A DNA stretch of 64,000 bases, from NCBI GenBank assembly GCA_963666205.1, contig OY762654.1, positions 1,696,001 to 1,760,000 of the forward strand. Direction: 5' to 3'. Source of the stretch: Synergistales bacterium (lineage in GTDB: Bacteria > Synergistota > Synergistia > Synergistales > JAFGMB01). The notes below the pieces were generated by a model that saw only the letters and a list, made by a program, of their open reading frames with translations, searched no databases and was not told the origin of the DNA. Shown here one piece after another: positions 1 through 9,952 of this stretch. A program made the translations under genes and the position numbers. Within the stretch, counting starts at the first letter, position 1. Each line of letters begins with the position of its first letter.

Positions 1-13
1 TACTGAAAGGGTA

Positions 14-1204
14 TTAGATTTTCGGGTTCTGTTCTTTTTTCAGAGAGTATACGTAGGCAAGGACTTCTGCTACAGCCACATAAAGATCCTGGGGTATCTC
101 CTGTCCGATCTCTACCGTCCTGTAAAGGCCTCTGGCGAGGGGCTTGTCTTCAAAGAGGGGAACATCTGCTTCTCGGGCAATTTCCCTGATCCGAAATGCC
201 AGATAGCCCGCGCCTTTGGCTACAACCAAAGGCGCCCCCATTTGATGACGGTCGTATTTCAGGGCAACTGCGAAATGGGTGGGGTTTGTCACAACAACAT
301 CCGCTTCAGGAATCTGGCTCATCATCCGGTTCCTTCCCAGTTCGACCTGTTTGCGGCGGATCCTTTGCCGGACCAAGGGGTCTCCTTCAGTCTGTTTGAA
401 TTCATCCTTGATCTCCTGTTTTGTCATTTTTATGGATTTGGAAAATTCCCATTTCTGGTAGCCAAAATCAAAGAGCCCCAGCGCAAGGAGAGCTATGCCC
501 AGCTTTATGGAGAGATTAAAAAACACGGAGAGTACAATAGTGAAACCCCTGGCTGCATCAGTTCTGGAAATCTCCTGGAAAAGAGGAAGTTCTTTCCTTA
601 TCCCGAAATAGAGGACAAAGAAGAGAAGGGTCGCCTTAAGAAGGGCCTTTATAGCTTCAACGAAGGATCTGAGAGAGAACATCTTTTTAATGCCCTTCAA
701 AGGGTCGAAGCGCTCCATTTTAGGTATCAGGGGATTTGGGGAGATCTTGAGACCTACCTGGCAAGCCGTTACAAAAAAGCATATTCCCAAGGAGATAAGA
801 GCCATGGGAAGCCAGGCCTGTATAAAGAAGAGGGTTCCCTTTCCAGCGAGCGTCATGGGCCAGTGTTCCCTGGCTTTGGCAACGGTGGGAAGCCAGGCAA
901 GACACCATTGCAGGAAACTCGAATAAGCCTTCCACATGAAGCTGGAAAAGATAAAAAGGGTCGCGGTACCTGTAAGGATACTTACCGCGGCCGTGAGGTC
1001 CCTGCTTTGTGCTACTCTTCCTTCTTCCCTTTCCTTGCGGCGTTTCCTGGGTGTTGCTTCCTCTGTTTTTTCCTGAGCGAAGATCTGCAGGTTGAAAAAG
1101 GGCAACATCGATCTCAAAGAATGAGATTTACGGTTTTGCCCTTTTATTGTTTCGAGTATTGACCCAAAGGAGAGATCGAAAGATTGTTTAATATATTTCA
1201 CCAT
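14..1204 (-). CDS. flhB: Flagellar export switch protein FlhB (true start may be the ATG at 1108)
   Basis: N-terminal LQIFAQEKTEEATPRKR, four TM segments, KQEIKDEFKQTEGDP and the NPTH autocleavage motif. Confidence 0.97.
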   Translation of the reverse strand: MVKYIKQSFDLSFGSILETIKGQNRKSHSLRSMLPFFNLQIFAQEKTEEATPRKRRKEREEGRVAQSRDLTAAVSILTGTATLFIFSSFMWKAYSSFLQWCLAWLPTVAKAREHWPMTLAGKGTLFFIQAWLPMALISLGICFFVTACQVGLKISPNPLIPKMERFDPLKGIKKMFSLRSFVEAIKALLKATLLFFVLYFGIRKELPLFQEISRTDAARGFTIVLSVFFNLSIKLGIALLALGLFDFGYQKWEFSKSIKMTKQEIKDEFKQTEGDPLVRQRIRRKQVELGRNRMMSQIPEADVVVTNPTHFAVALKYDRHQMGAPLVVAKGAGYLAFRIREIAREADVPLFEDKPLARGLYRTVEIGQEIPQDLYVAVAEVLAYVYSLKKEQNPKI

Positions 1205-1269
1205 CCATAATTTATATTAATATAAATAACAATAGTTATATTAATATAAATAAGTGTGGGAGGAAAGAT

Positions 1270-4191
1270 TTAAGTAAGGTAATCTACCAGGGTGGGTTGG
1301 ACAGCCTTTGCTATTGTAGCCAGGGTTGCCTGGTAGACGGTCTGGGCTGTTTGAAATTCCATTGCAGCTTCTGCAATATCAACGTCCATTATATTGCTGT
1401 AGAGTTCATTGAAGGCGATGCTGTTTTCTCCAAGCCTGTTACTGGCTGTTTCATACCTTTTTTGAAGAGCACCACAGTAGGACCTTGCCTGCAGTGCTTC
1501 ATCCATAGCTTTATCGAGCTTTGGAAGGAAGCTTTCCGACAGGGCCTTATCGGCACCCTGTTCTATCGCCACTGCCAAATCGTCCAGTAGAGCGAAGAGA
1601 TCGACCTCCTCTACGTTGGCACCGCTGCGGATAGCCAGGTTCTGGTTATAGGGACCGGGTGCATTGCTCGCTCCCCGGTCAGGGGTCGTGACTACTCCAA
1701 GAGGAAGGTTCATACCGACAGGGACCCCGAGGATGTGGACATCTTTCCCCGCAGGGGAATAGAGGATTAAATCGCCGCTATCGGCTATTCGGGTGTGAAC
1801 ATCCCCTTCGCTGAAGCGTGTGTTCACCAGATCAGCAACTTCCTGCAGAGAGGATAGATCTCTAAGGTCCATCTCATGGGTATATCCGTCAACTGAAAGG
1901 CTGAGAATATCTCCACCGGACCAGGTGCCTTTCTCGATCCTGACATCAGTGTTCAGGTTAAAGTCTCGGGCAGCAGAACCGTTTACATCGTAAATATTTA
2001 TAGGGCTCCCGTCCTTTGGGAAGAGAGCAAGTCTGTATTGGCCTGACGCATCGGATGCCAGAGAGACATCCAACCAGCTCCCCGCCAGGTCTTCAAGCCT
2101 TGAGGCTACAGATTGCAGATCCTCTCCGGAAGATACAGACAGAGCGACTTCCCTGCTTCCCGAAGATATAACGAAGCTGCCCTTACCTGACGCAGAACTG
2201 GACCAACTACTGGCTACCCCTGACTGAAGGCCCGAGGACATGGCCAGGCCGGATGAAAGTCTATTAAAGGAAGGATCGCTATAGGGCAGGTCCATGATAC
2301 GCAGGGGTTCTCCGGTCACGGAGTATAGGACGAAACCGGTGCTCCATCCGGTGAGATCGAAACCGACCTTGTCGGATCCCACCTGTTCCCTGATCTTAAG
2401 GGCCATGGCCTTGGGATCTATGAATCCGGTTGAGGTATCAACAACATCTTTCTGATATAGTTTTACCTCGTGAATATCACCATCGATTTCCACGCCTATT
2501 CTGATCGGAACTTCAGATCCTGCGGTATCCGGGAAAACCAGATTGCTAAGGTCCACAGTGGAGAGGGCAGTCTGGATGCCGAGTATTTTTGCCCAGTCAT
2601 TTTGCTTGTCGTAGATTGTGAGGGGGCTGCCATCCTTTGGCCATATCATGAGTCTCTTTGTTCCAACTTCGGAGTCGCCGACTGAAGAGTCTGTCAGGTC
2701 GGTCCTTCCAGGATCTTGCTGGACAACAACTTCAAGCCAATCTCCAGCTGCGGCCTTTATCTGTTCGGCAAGTTTTTCCAGGGTAAGGTGGACGTCGTCG
2801 TTTACATTAATTTCCAGTTTGTTATTACTGGACTGGAATACAATATCCAGTTCCTGTCCGGTAAGGAGAGATGTATCGCCGAGTTCAGATGTTATCTCTG
2901 TAGATGTTACGGCAGTGGCCAGGCCAAGATAGTTTGACAGGCCTATATGGCTTATCTCTTTTGGTTCAATCATGGCCTGGGATATTTTATCTGTTCCGAA
3001 AAGGTCTGTAGCGCTGCCCGAGGCGATGATGGAAAAAGGATTGGAGAAATTTTCCGCAACAAGGGCGATTGATCCGTTATCCCTGACTCCGACCCAAAGA
3101 CTCTCAACGGCAGCGAGGGAATCGGCCACATCCTTCAGGGTATCTCCTGCACTGATCTGGATATTGTAGGAAATGTTATCGTCCATAACGATGGAGATCT
3201 GTCCATTCGAATCGGCATTCCACCCTCCACCGGGAGCTTCTGAGCTGATGAACTGCCCCCTTTCCTGAAGGCCTTCCCATGGCAGGGATATCACTTGAAG
3301 AGGTTCGCCAGAAAGACTTTGGATGGAGAGCTTCTCAGTTTCTGAAAGGATATCCGTCTCGACTGATGCATGTACGAGCTTTCCCGCACCGTCATTGGCA
3401 TTTATCAGCTTGGCGATCTCCGAAAGGGAATAGCCCATAATTTCCTCTCCAGGGGATGCAAAGCTGTTGTAGTCGGAAAGATCTGCCAGGTTGCTGGTGT
3501 TGTGGTCGAACCATCTCTGAGGAAGCATCACCTGAGCTGAATCATTTCCCACAGAGATCTGAAGAACCTCCGAACTGCTCTCCCAAGTGAAACCCATGGG
3601 TACCTCAATACTAGTTACGTCCCTTTTGAGAAAGGAAGTGGGGAAAACGTCCCTTCCATTGAGGGATACGCAACCGGTCAGGCCCTCCTCTATCTCGAAG
3701 GATATTCTGTTGTCATCCCCCTGGTAGAGCACATCTCCTTCATCGTTCTTGAGAAAGGGAGCTTTGGAGGTTTGAAGGCCTCCCATAAGGAACTGTCCCC
3801 CTACGTTGAAGTTGGCGGCCTGCATGAGCTCGTCCCTCATTGCCCTGATGTCCTGGGCTATAGCCTCGCGATCTGTCTGGGAAAGGGACCCGTCACCTGC
3901 ATATATTGTCTGTTCTCTGATGGAGGATATGAGGTCTGTTATCTGCCCAAGAGAGGTTTCGGTGTTGGAAAGCCATGTGACGGCATCATCAAGGTTCCTC
4001 ATGTACTGCTCGTTCCGGGAGATGGTATTTTTCACGGTCATACCCCTGGAAACCTCCGCGGGGTTGTCTGAAGGTTTTGAATAGAGTTGCTGGCTGGACA
4101 TCTGTTTTTCTACATCCATCAGCCTATTGAGGCTGCTGTGCATATCCTTGAGGAACATGCTCGACATCATGGATTGGGATATTCGCTGCAC
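1270..4191 (-). CDS. flgL: Flagellar hook-associated protein 3 FlgL, very long (973 aa)
   Basis: Flagellin-like N-terminus (SKPSDNP...RNLDDAVTWLSNTETSL) and C-terminus (DVDIAEAAMEFQTAQTVYQATL...QPTLVDYL), typical of FlgL; TTG start. Confidence 0.88.
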   Translation of the reverse strand: MQRISQSMMSSMFLKDMHSSLNRLMDVEKQMSSQQLYSKPSDNPAEVSRGMTVKNTISRNEQYMRNLDDAVTWLSNTETSLGQITDLISSIREQTIYAGDGSLSQTDREAIAQDIRAMRDELMQAANFNVGGQFLMGGLQTSKAPFLKNDEGDVLYQGDDNRISFEIEEGLTGCVSLNGRDVFPTSFLKRDVTSIEVPMGFTWESSSEVLQISVGNDSAQVMLPQRWFDHNTSNLADLSDYNSFASPGEEIMGYSLSEIAKLINANDGAGKLVHASVETDILSETEKLSIQSLSGEPLQVISLPWEGLQERGQFISSEAPGGGWNADSNGQISIVMDDNISYNIQISAGDTLKDVADSLAAVESLWVGVRDNGSIALVAENFSNPFSIIASGSATDLFGTDKISQAMIEPKEISHIGLSNYLGLATAVTSTEITSELGDTSLLTGQELDIVFQSSNNKLEINVNDDVHLTLEKLAEQIKAAAGDWLEVVVQQDPGRTDLTDSSVGDSEVGTKRLMIWPKDGSPLTIYDKQNDWAKILGIQTALSTVDLSNLVFPDTAGSEVPIRIGVEIDGDIHEVKLYQKDVVDTSTGFIDPKAMALKIREQVGSDKVGFDLTGWSTGFVLYSVTGEPLRIMDLPYSDPSFNRLSSGLAMSSGLQSGVASSWSSSASGKGSFVISSGSREVALSVSSGEDLQSVASRLEDLAGSWLDVSLASDASGQYRLALFPKDGSPINIYDVNGSAARDFNLNTDVRIEKGTWSGGDILSLSVDGYTHEMDLRDLSSLQEVADLVNTRFSEGDVHTRIADSGDLILYSPAGKDVHILGVPVGMNLPLGVVTTPDRGASNAPGPYNQNLAIRSGANVEEVDLFALLDDLAVAIEQGADKALSESFLPKLDKAMDEALQARSYCGALQKRYETASNRLGENSIAFNELYSNIMDVDIAEAAMEFQTAQTVYQATLATIAKAVQPTLVDYLT

Positions 4192-4240
4192 AATAGATCA
4201 CCTCACAGAAATAGAGACTCCTATGTTTCAGTTATATTTG

Positions 4241-6163
4241 TTACCTCTTGAGGTTCATCAATTCTTCCAGGATCTCATCGCTCGTTGTTATTACCCTGGC
4301 AGACGCCTGGAAACCTCTCTGGGCGATTATCAGATCGACAAATTCAGAGGTAAGATCTACATTTGAGGCTTCCAGGCTGTTTCCTGCGATGCTTCCTGCC
4401 CCGCCCTCCATGGGCCTGAGGATCTGAGGTATGCCTGAATTAGAGGTGTCCCTATATACCCCACTGCCCAGTTTCTCAAGACCGCTGGCATTTGAAAAAA
4501 CGGCCAGTGCTACAGTATAGAGATTTTCAGTCTGTCCGTTATCGTAAACACCCCTGATAACACCATCCCCGCCAACGGAATAATCCTGCAGGACTCCCAT
4601 TTCGTAACCATCCTGGTAGTATTCCTTTGTTGTAAAGGATGATCCGAACTGAGTAACGGCATCTATATCGTCTGTTCCCAGGGCGTTGCCAGTAAAGTCC
4701 AGCTGGATCTGTGAATCCTCAGCACCAACGGCTGCAAAATTGATATTGATGGTGCTTGCTTCAGCTCCGGTTGAATCGGTCACACCTTCTACCAGACCAG
4801 CGGGCGAAAATTCCACCAGGCCGGTGTTACTGTTTAGTTCCACACCTGGCATATCTGGAAGCCATGTTCGCCAGCGCCATGTGTTGTTATCGATCTTTTC
4901 CCAGCTTGTTTCCAATGTGTATGCATTGCCCTGTGAGTCGAAGATATCATATTTCGTTGAATGTATGCTTGAAGTCTGGAGATCGAAGCTTCTGATAACT
5001 GTTCCGCCTTGTCCAAGTGAAACACCCATTCCGGAGGGGGTTGCATCCACATCGATGGTCTCTCCTGCAATTGTTATCTGGGTACCCGAGGGTATATTGA
5101 AGGATCCGTCATCATGGGCCGCAAGATCCACAGAAAAAGTGTCCATGGTGTTTGTTCCCGAACCGTTGTCTCCCCACAGGGTCAGTGTTCGTCCTCCGGC
5201 GGCAAGATCATTGAATTCGGCTAGATAAGGAGTGGAGGTTCCACCCACATTTATGTCAACGATCCGGTAATTGAGGGCAGCACCGATCTCACCTGTCCAA
5301 ACTGAAATTCCCCCATTTGTAACCTGTATCTGACCGGTGGTGTCGTTGAAACCAATAGTTTCCAATATTCCGTCACCATCTAGATCTACATTGGAATTAC
5401 CAAGAGTTGGAAGGCCCGTGGTGGTGTTGATGCCGGTCATTGCAAGATTGGCAGTGATGGGTGCTCCACCGTTCTGAGTGAATGTGATGGTGAGGAAGTC
5501 AGTAGCAGAAGATCCCTCCGAGAAGGTAATGCCCGTAAAATCCGTCTCTCCGATGGTTCCCTGCAATACCAGGTCTTTTGAGCTGAGTCCCATGGGTAGG
5601 ACATTACCTAACCTGGAATCGAGATTACATCGGAAACCAACAGTAGTGGTGGCCTTGGCGGGCAGTTTCTGGCCTACGGGTATGTTTATGTCCGTGAGAT
5701 CCGTACCAACGACCTTTGTACCTGGATTCAAGGGGTCGTCAAACATTTCAAAGCCCTGGAGCCTATATCCAGTTCCGCTCTGAACCATATCGCCATTACC
5801 ATCCAGGATGAAATTTCCTGCCCTGGAGTAGACATTGGTTGTTCCGTCTTCCACCACAAAAAGGCCATCCCCTTCAATGGCCATATCGCTTTTTGCACCG
5901 GTATAGTTTATGTTACCCTGGCTCTGATCTATAACCACGCTTCCCACAGCTGTTCCCAGTCCAACCTGCTTAGGGTTTGTGCCTCCTTTTTCTGCGCTTG
6001 GAGCAGTTGCGGCCTCTTCGGTCTGACTCATGAGTTCCTGGAATTGAACATCTGATTTTTTGAATGCTGTTGTGTTGGCGTTGGATATATTATCGCCGAC
6101 CACATCGAGAAGGGTCTGATTGGCTTTAACCCCACTGACACCTGATGTTAAGGATCTGAGCAT
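4241..6163 (-). CDS. flgE: Flagellar hook protein FlgE
   Basis: MLRSLTSGVSG...DNISNANT N-terminus; LEASNVDLTSEFVDLIIAQRGFQASARVITTSD C-terminus. Confidence 0.96.
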   Translation of the reverse strand: MLRSLTSGVSGVKANQTLLDVVGDNISNANTTAFKKSDVQFQELMSQTEEAATAPSAEKGGTNPKQVGLGTAVGSVVIDQSQGNINYTGAKSDMAIEGDGLFVVEDGTTNVYSRAGNFILDGNGDMVQSGTGYRLQGFEMFDDPLNPGTKVVGTDLTDINIPVGQKLPAKATTTVGFRCNLDSRLGNVLPMGLSSKDLVLQGTIGETDFTGITFSEGSSATDFLTITFTQNGGAPITANLAMTGINTTTGLPTLGNSNVDLDGDGILETIGFNDTTGQIQVTNGGISVWTGEIGAALNYRIVDINVGGTSTPYLAEFNDLAAGGRTLTLWGDNGSGTNTMDTFSVDLAAHDDGSFNIPSGTQITIAGETIDVDATPSGMGVSLGQGGTVIRSFDLQTSSIHSTKYDIFDSQGNAYTLETSWEKIDNNTWRWRTWLPDMPGVELNSNTGLVEFSPAGLVEGVTDSTGAEASTININFAAVGAEDSQIQLDFTGNALGTDDIDAVTQFGSSFTTKEYYQDGYEMGVLQDYSVGGDGVIRGVYDNGQTENLYTVALAVFSNASGLEKLGSGVYRDTSNSGIPQILRPMEGGAGSIAGNSLEASNVDLTSEFVDLIIAQRGFQASARVITTSDEILEELMNLKR

Positions 6164-6242
6164 TCCTTTAACCTCCCTTGATATCTACTTTACAAATCGT
6201 TCTTATTCTTTGAGACCGCCATTCTTTTCGTAAGGCCATTCT

Positions 6243-6665
6243 TTATTGATTGAATCCTGTGATCTGATCTAACGGAATTTCCACACCATCTTCAATTCTT
6301 ACCTTTATGTTGTCGGCCTCAAATACCACCGACTGTACTGTCCCCGTTTTTATCCCGCCGTCTTCCAGATCTGCATAGGATATCTTCGAACCTACCATGG
6401 CAGAGGATGAAAATTTCATGTACTGTCCCAGTGATTCAAGCCTGTCTTCTATATTGGCAACCTGTTCAACCTGGCTGAATTGTGCCATCTGCGAAATGAA
6501 TTCGGATTGGTCCAGCGGCTCAAGGGGATCCTGATTCGCTAGCTCTGTAACCAGGATCTTTAAAAAGGCATCCTTGCCCAGAAGGCTGTTGCTGGCTGCA
6601 GTTTCAGTAGCAACCTGCCCGTTTATGTAAGTAGTTCCCACCGATCCCACCGGTGCTTCACTCAT
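6243..6665 (-). CDS. flgD: Flagellar hook capping protein FlgD
   Basis: LGKDAFLKILVTELANQDPLEP...FISQMAQFSQVEQ motif. Confidence 0.95.
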   Translation of the reverse strand: MSEAPVGSVGTTYINGQVATETAASNSLLGKDAFLKILVTELANQDPLEPLDQSEFISQMAQFSQVEQVANIEDRLESLGQYMKFSSSAMVGSKISYADLEDGGIKTGTVQSVVFEADNIKVRIEDGVEIPLDQITGFNQ

Positions 6666-6699
6666 GGAGATCTCTCCTTTCAGTGATACCTCTGATTAC

Positions 6700-6727
6700 T
6701 TATCGGCAGGTTTACTTCATCATCTTA
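6700..6727 (-). promoter_or_regulatory. Sigma28 (FliA/SigD)-type promoter for the flgD operon
   Basis: Minus strand TAAG-N16-GCCGATAA, a perfect -10 element about 35 nt upstream of the flgD ATG. Confidence 0.75.
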
Positions 6728-6829
6728 AGGTAAGTATGCCTGGATCATGAGAAAAGGGGAGAACAGGGGAAAGAAAAGGGGGTACCCATTCAGGGGTCCC
6801 CTGAGTTTCAGATCAATGTTTTACAGAGA

Positions 6830-6913
6830 TCAGTGGACATATCGCTTTTCTAATCTCTTTTCCCATGAGATTCGCTCGAAGGTTCCGTCCATATTCGACA
6901 TAAGAGCTGAATA
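6830..6913 (-). pseudogene. C-terminal remnant of an LpxH-like metallophosphoesterase
   Basis: Translates YSALMSNMDGTFERISWEK..., matching CSALVENMDGTFEIIRW (9028..9777) and CSALVEHMDGTFEVIRW (29821..30693); in-frame stop a few codons upstream. Confidence 0.7.
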
Positions 6914-7148
6914 GCCTTGTTTTCAAAAGCCTCAGTAATCGTGGTGTCTTAAGAGGTGAGCCCTATACTATGGAGGAAATATGCAGCAGATAATACATTC
7001 ATCTGTTTCTGAAGATGATCTGTGACTGAGGTTTAAATTTAGGATTATGGTAGACAGTTGGGCAAAAAGACCTGGTTTTTGGTTACAATACCAGACTGGA
7101 AGAATCGGGCTTTCCCACTTTGCATCATCTTGTTGGAGAGAAGGGTTA

Positions 7149-8696
7149 TTAAATCAATCCCTGGAGAAATTCTAATGTTGCTGTCTTTTTTTCTCTTTTG
7201 GCTCTGTACATCATTTCATCTGCTTGCCTGAAGAGGGTCTCCAGATCATCGCAAGAGGGATATCCGTGAGAAAATCCAACCGAAAAACTGACTTGCATAT
7301 CGCTTTTCTTTTGATTGTATTCTGCCAGGTGATCAAGGAGCCTTTTCTTTAAGGATGCAACAGATTTTTTGGTACAATCAGGAATAAGAGCGGCAAATTC
7401 GTCACCGCCTATCCTGGCCAGGATATCCCCTTCTCTGAAACATCCTATAAGGATATCTGCCGTGCCCTTTATGACTCTATCTCCTGAATTGTGTCCCCTT
7501 GTGTCATTAATTTGCTTTAATCCATCAACATCACATACCATTATACAAATGCCATTCTTCATTTCGATCTGTTGAAACTGTCTTGTTTTTTCATCAAAGA
7601 ACCTGCGGTTGAAAAGCCCTGTCATAGTATCGTGAGTGTCTATGTACTCCATTTCTGCTTCTTTTTCCTTAATTATCAGGGATTTACTGCTGTTTGATAT
7701 CGCAAGTCCAATAACTCCTGCAATATCAAGGATGAAGTTCAGGTATTTAAACATATTTGCAGGAAACTGAAAATCAGCTAAATGAAGTATTCCTCTGATC
7801 TTTCCGCCCTGTTCTATTTTGACCAAAAAACCGGAATTATCGTCCAGAACCTTATATTTTTTCCTTTCTCTAAGGAAAGATGAATAGTAAACCTCCAAAG
7901 GCTCCGAAATATCTTTTCGACTGGCAGAAATATATTCAACCTTTTTACAGGAGAACAAGGTGGAAAGTTCTTCCTGTATTGTAGAAATTATTTCCGGTAC
8001 GCTTTCCTTATCAGTAAATTTCCTAATTATTTCAAAGATTTTCATGTGATCTGCAGGCTGTTTTCTGTAAAATTCATCTTCATTGGAATGATTATTATTG
8101 TTTTTCTTTAATTTCCAATCTTCATACAGATGTTGCAGAAGATCTCTAATGTAGGAATAGTCAGGTTTCATTATAGAAAAGGGAAGGTTAAGATATCGGG
8201 AAAATTCTTCCAGTTCAGGTATCACGATGTTCTCTGGTCCTTCTGATATGCAAATGATCCGGCGGGCGATTTCGCCATAAAACCGTTGAGCTCTTTCCCT
8301 TTCCCTCTCCAGACCCTTTCCCTCTATATGGTCTTTCCATCTCCGGACCCAGAGTTCTGTGATCAGATAACCTCCCTGGGCAATCAGATCCTTGACCACC
8401 GTCTTTCCCAGGAGATGGGAAAAGCAGTTATCCTGCTTTTCGACCTGAACATGTACTGCTCTTTCAATTATCGATTTAAAGGCTGGACATAAATAGCCTC
8501 CAGATATAAGAACGGAATTACCGTAATAATTTGCCATGCTTTCTGAAAAAGGATGTTCTAATCCATCATATTGATGACAGGAAATACATGGATAACTGAA
8601 GTTAATGATCTCCATATCCTGGAATTCGGGAAGAGCAATCTTCTGAAAATAGGAATGAAAACATTCACAAACAAGGATTTTCAATTTATATGCCAT
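7149..8696 (-). CDS. Diguanylate cyclase (DUF1638-like Cys-containing N-terminus + GGDEF domain)
   Basis: DTMTGLFNRR, DVDGLKQINDTRGHNSGD, RxxD I-site (REGD) and intact GGDEF; visibly AT-rich. Confidence 0.92.
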   Translation of the reverse strand: MAYKLKILVCECFHSYFQKIALPEFQDMEIINFSYPCISCHQYDGLEHPFSESMANYYGNSVLISGGYLCPAFKSIIERAVHVQVEKQDNCFSHLLGKTVVKDLIAQGGYLITELWVRRWKDHIEGKGLERERERAQRFYGEIARRIICISEGPENIVIPELEEFSRYLNLPFSIMKPDYSYIRDLLQHLYEDWKLKKNNNNHSNEDEFYRKQPADHMKIFEIIRKFTDKESVPEIISTIQEELSTLFSCKKVEYISASRKDISEPLEVYYSSFLRERKKYKVLDDNSGFLVKIEQGGKIRGILHLADFQFPANMFKYLNFILDIAGVIGLAISNSSKSLIIKEKEAEMEYIDTHDTMTGLFNRRFFDEKTRQFQQIEMKNGICIMVCDVDGLKQINDTRGHNSGDRVIKGTADILIGCFREGDILARIGGDEFAALIPDCTKKSVASLKKRLLDHLAEYNQKKSDMQVSFSVGFSHGYPSCDDLETLFRQADEMMYRAKREKKTATLEFLQGLI

Positions 8697-9008
8697 TTTG
8701 ACTCCTTTGAACTATTCCTCTCTGATTTCTATGCAGGAAGGTCTTTTCTGATTTCGCACTTCCTTAATGGTGGAAAATATGTTCTCATGAAAAAATAGGG
8801 TTATTTCTCCATGATTTTCAAAAAAAAGCCTCCAACCGGTAGATTTTAACCAGGGAGTATTTTCTCTATTTTCAGATTGATTCAATTTGTACTGTCTCAT
8901 CTCTTTGCTGTTGTATATTGCATGGAAGATAAACAATACCCCTCAAGCCATCTATCCTGAGCAATTATTGGCGATGCTCACGCTCATATTTCCCATAGCT
9001 GTTCTTAT

Positions 9009-9035
9009 TTATCGGCCTTCGAGGAGGTCATTTCA
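9009..9035 (-). promoter_or_regulatory. Possible sigma28 promoter upstream of the diguanylate cyclase
   Basis: Minus strand TGAA-N15-GCCGATAA; perfect -10 and imperfect -35, about 310 nt upstream of the ATG. Confidence 0.45.
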
Positions 9036-9777
9036 AGAATAATGTTTCTGGTCCCTGATCCCAGCGGATGATCTCGAAGGTGCCGTCCATGTTCTCAACC
9101 AGAGCTGAGCAGCTCTGAAGCCAGTCGCCGCAGTTATAATAACTTGCATCGCCGATGACCCTCATCTCGGGGCGGTGGATATGTCCGCACACGATACCCT
9201 CTACTCCCCTGTTCCTTGCAGCTGTCTTGATGGAATTGTCAAAATCACTGAGCTTCTGAACAATATCCTTGACCTTGTGCTTCAGGAAGTTGGCAATTAA
9301 AAGGTTCTGTTCCCTGTTTCTCGAGATAATCCGCTCTATGTTCGAATTTATGGTCATGGCCGCCTGGTAGGCAGAATGTCCCAGTTTTGCCATCCATCCC
9401 CGGTATCTGCTTATGATGTCGTATTCATCCCCATGCACCAGGAGCAGTTTTCTGCCGTCCAGGGCTGAATAAATGGAATCTTTCAGTACGTCGACTCCAT
9501 CGAAACAGGAACCGGCAAACTCATCAAGAAAGGCATCATGGTTTCCCGTCACATATTGAATTTTCGAGACCCTCGCCATTTTCAGGACCTTCCTCATTAA
9601 GGGGTGCCTGCGAAGGTTCCATTTTGCAGATCTTTTACTGTTCCAACCTTCAAAGACATCTCCAAGCAGGAAAAGGTTTTCGCACGAAACATTTGAAAGG
9701 AAAGAATTAAGATTCCTTACCTTGCACCAGCGATTCCCCAAATGGATATCCGAGATAAAAACCGAACGAAACTGCAT
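9028..9777 (-). CDS. LpxH-like (UDP-2,3-diacylglucosamine diphosphatase family) metallophosphoesterase
   Basis: SDIHLG, GD, GNHD, HGD, CGHIH and NCGDW calcineurin-like motifs. Confidence 0.88.
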   Translation of the reverse strand: MQFRSVFISDIHLGNRWCKVRNLNSFLSNVSCENLFLLGDVFEGWNSKRSAKWNLRRHPLMRKVLKMARVSKIQYVTGNHDAFLDEFAGSCFDGVDVLKDSIYSALDGRKLLLVHGDEYDIISRYRGWMAKLGHSAYQAAMTINSNIERIISRNREQNLLIANFLKHKVKDIVQKLSDFDNSIKTAARNRGVEGIVCGHIHRPEMRVIGDASYYNCGDWLQSCSALVENMDGTFEIIRWDQGPETLFLK

Positions 9778-9952
9778 ATAACTACTCCTTACTATTGGAA
9801 TAAAAACTCCAGAGTTCTAAGCTTATCATAAAAATCATCATCTATAAGATATAAATATGCAATTTTACCATAAATCGTTATTCACAATCTCTCAATTCAT
9901 AGATATACTAGGATAAATAGTTAAAACGCAAAGCACAGGGGAGACGATTTCA

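Noticed and set aside
242-1162. Long antisense ORFs (242..1162, 40060..40884, 41608..42312, 58727..59461 and similar)
   Set aside because: Shadow frames opposite well-supported genes, with no recognisable motifs.
7149-8696. Local GGDEF as a Hypr-type cGAMP synthase for the A20 riboswitch
   Set aside because: It keeps the guanine-specifying Asp in NDTRGHNSGD, whereas Hypr enzymes have Ser/Thr there, so it is expected to make c-di-GMP.
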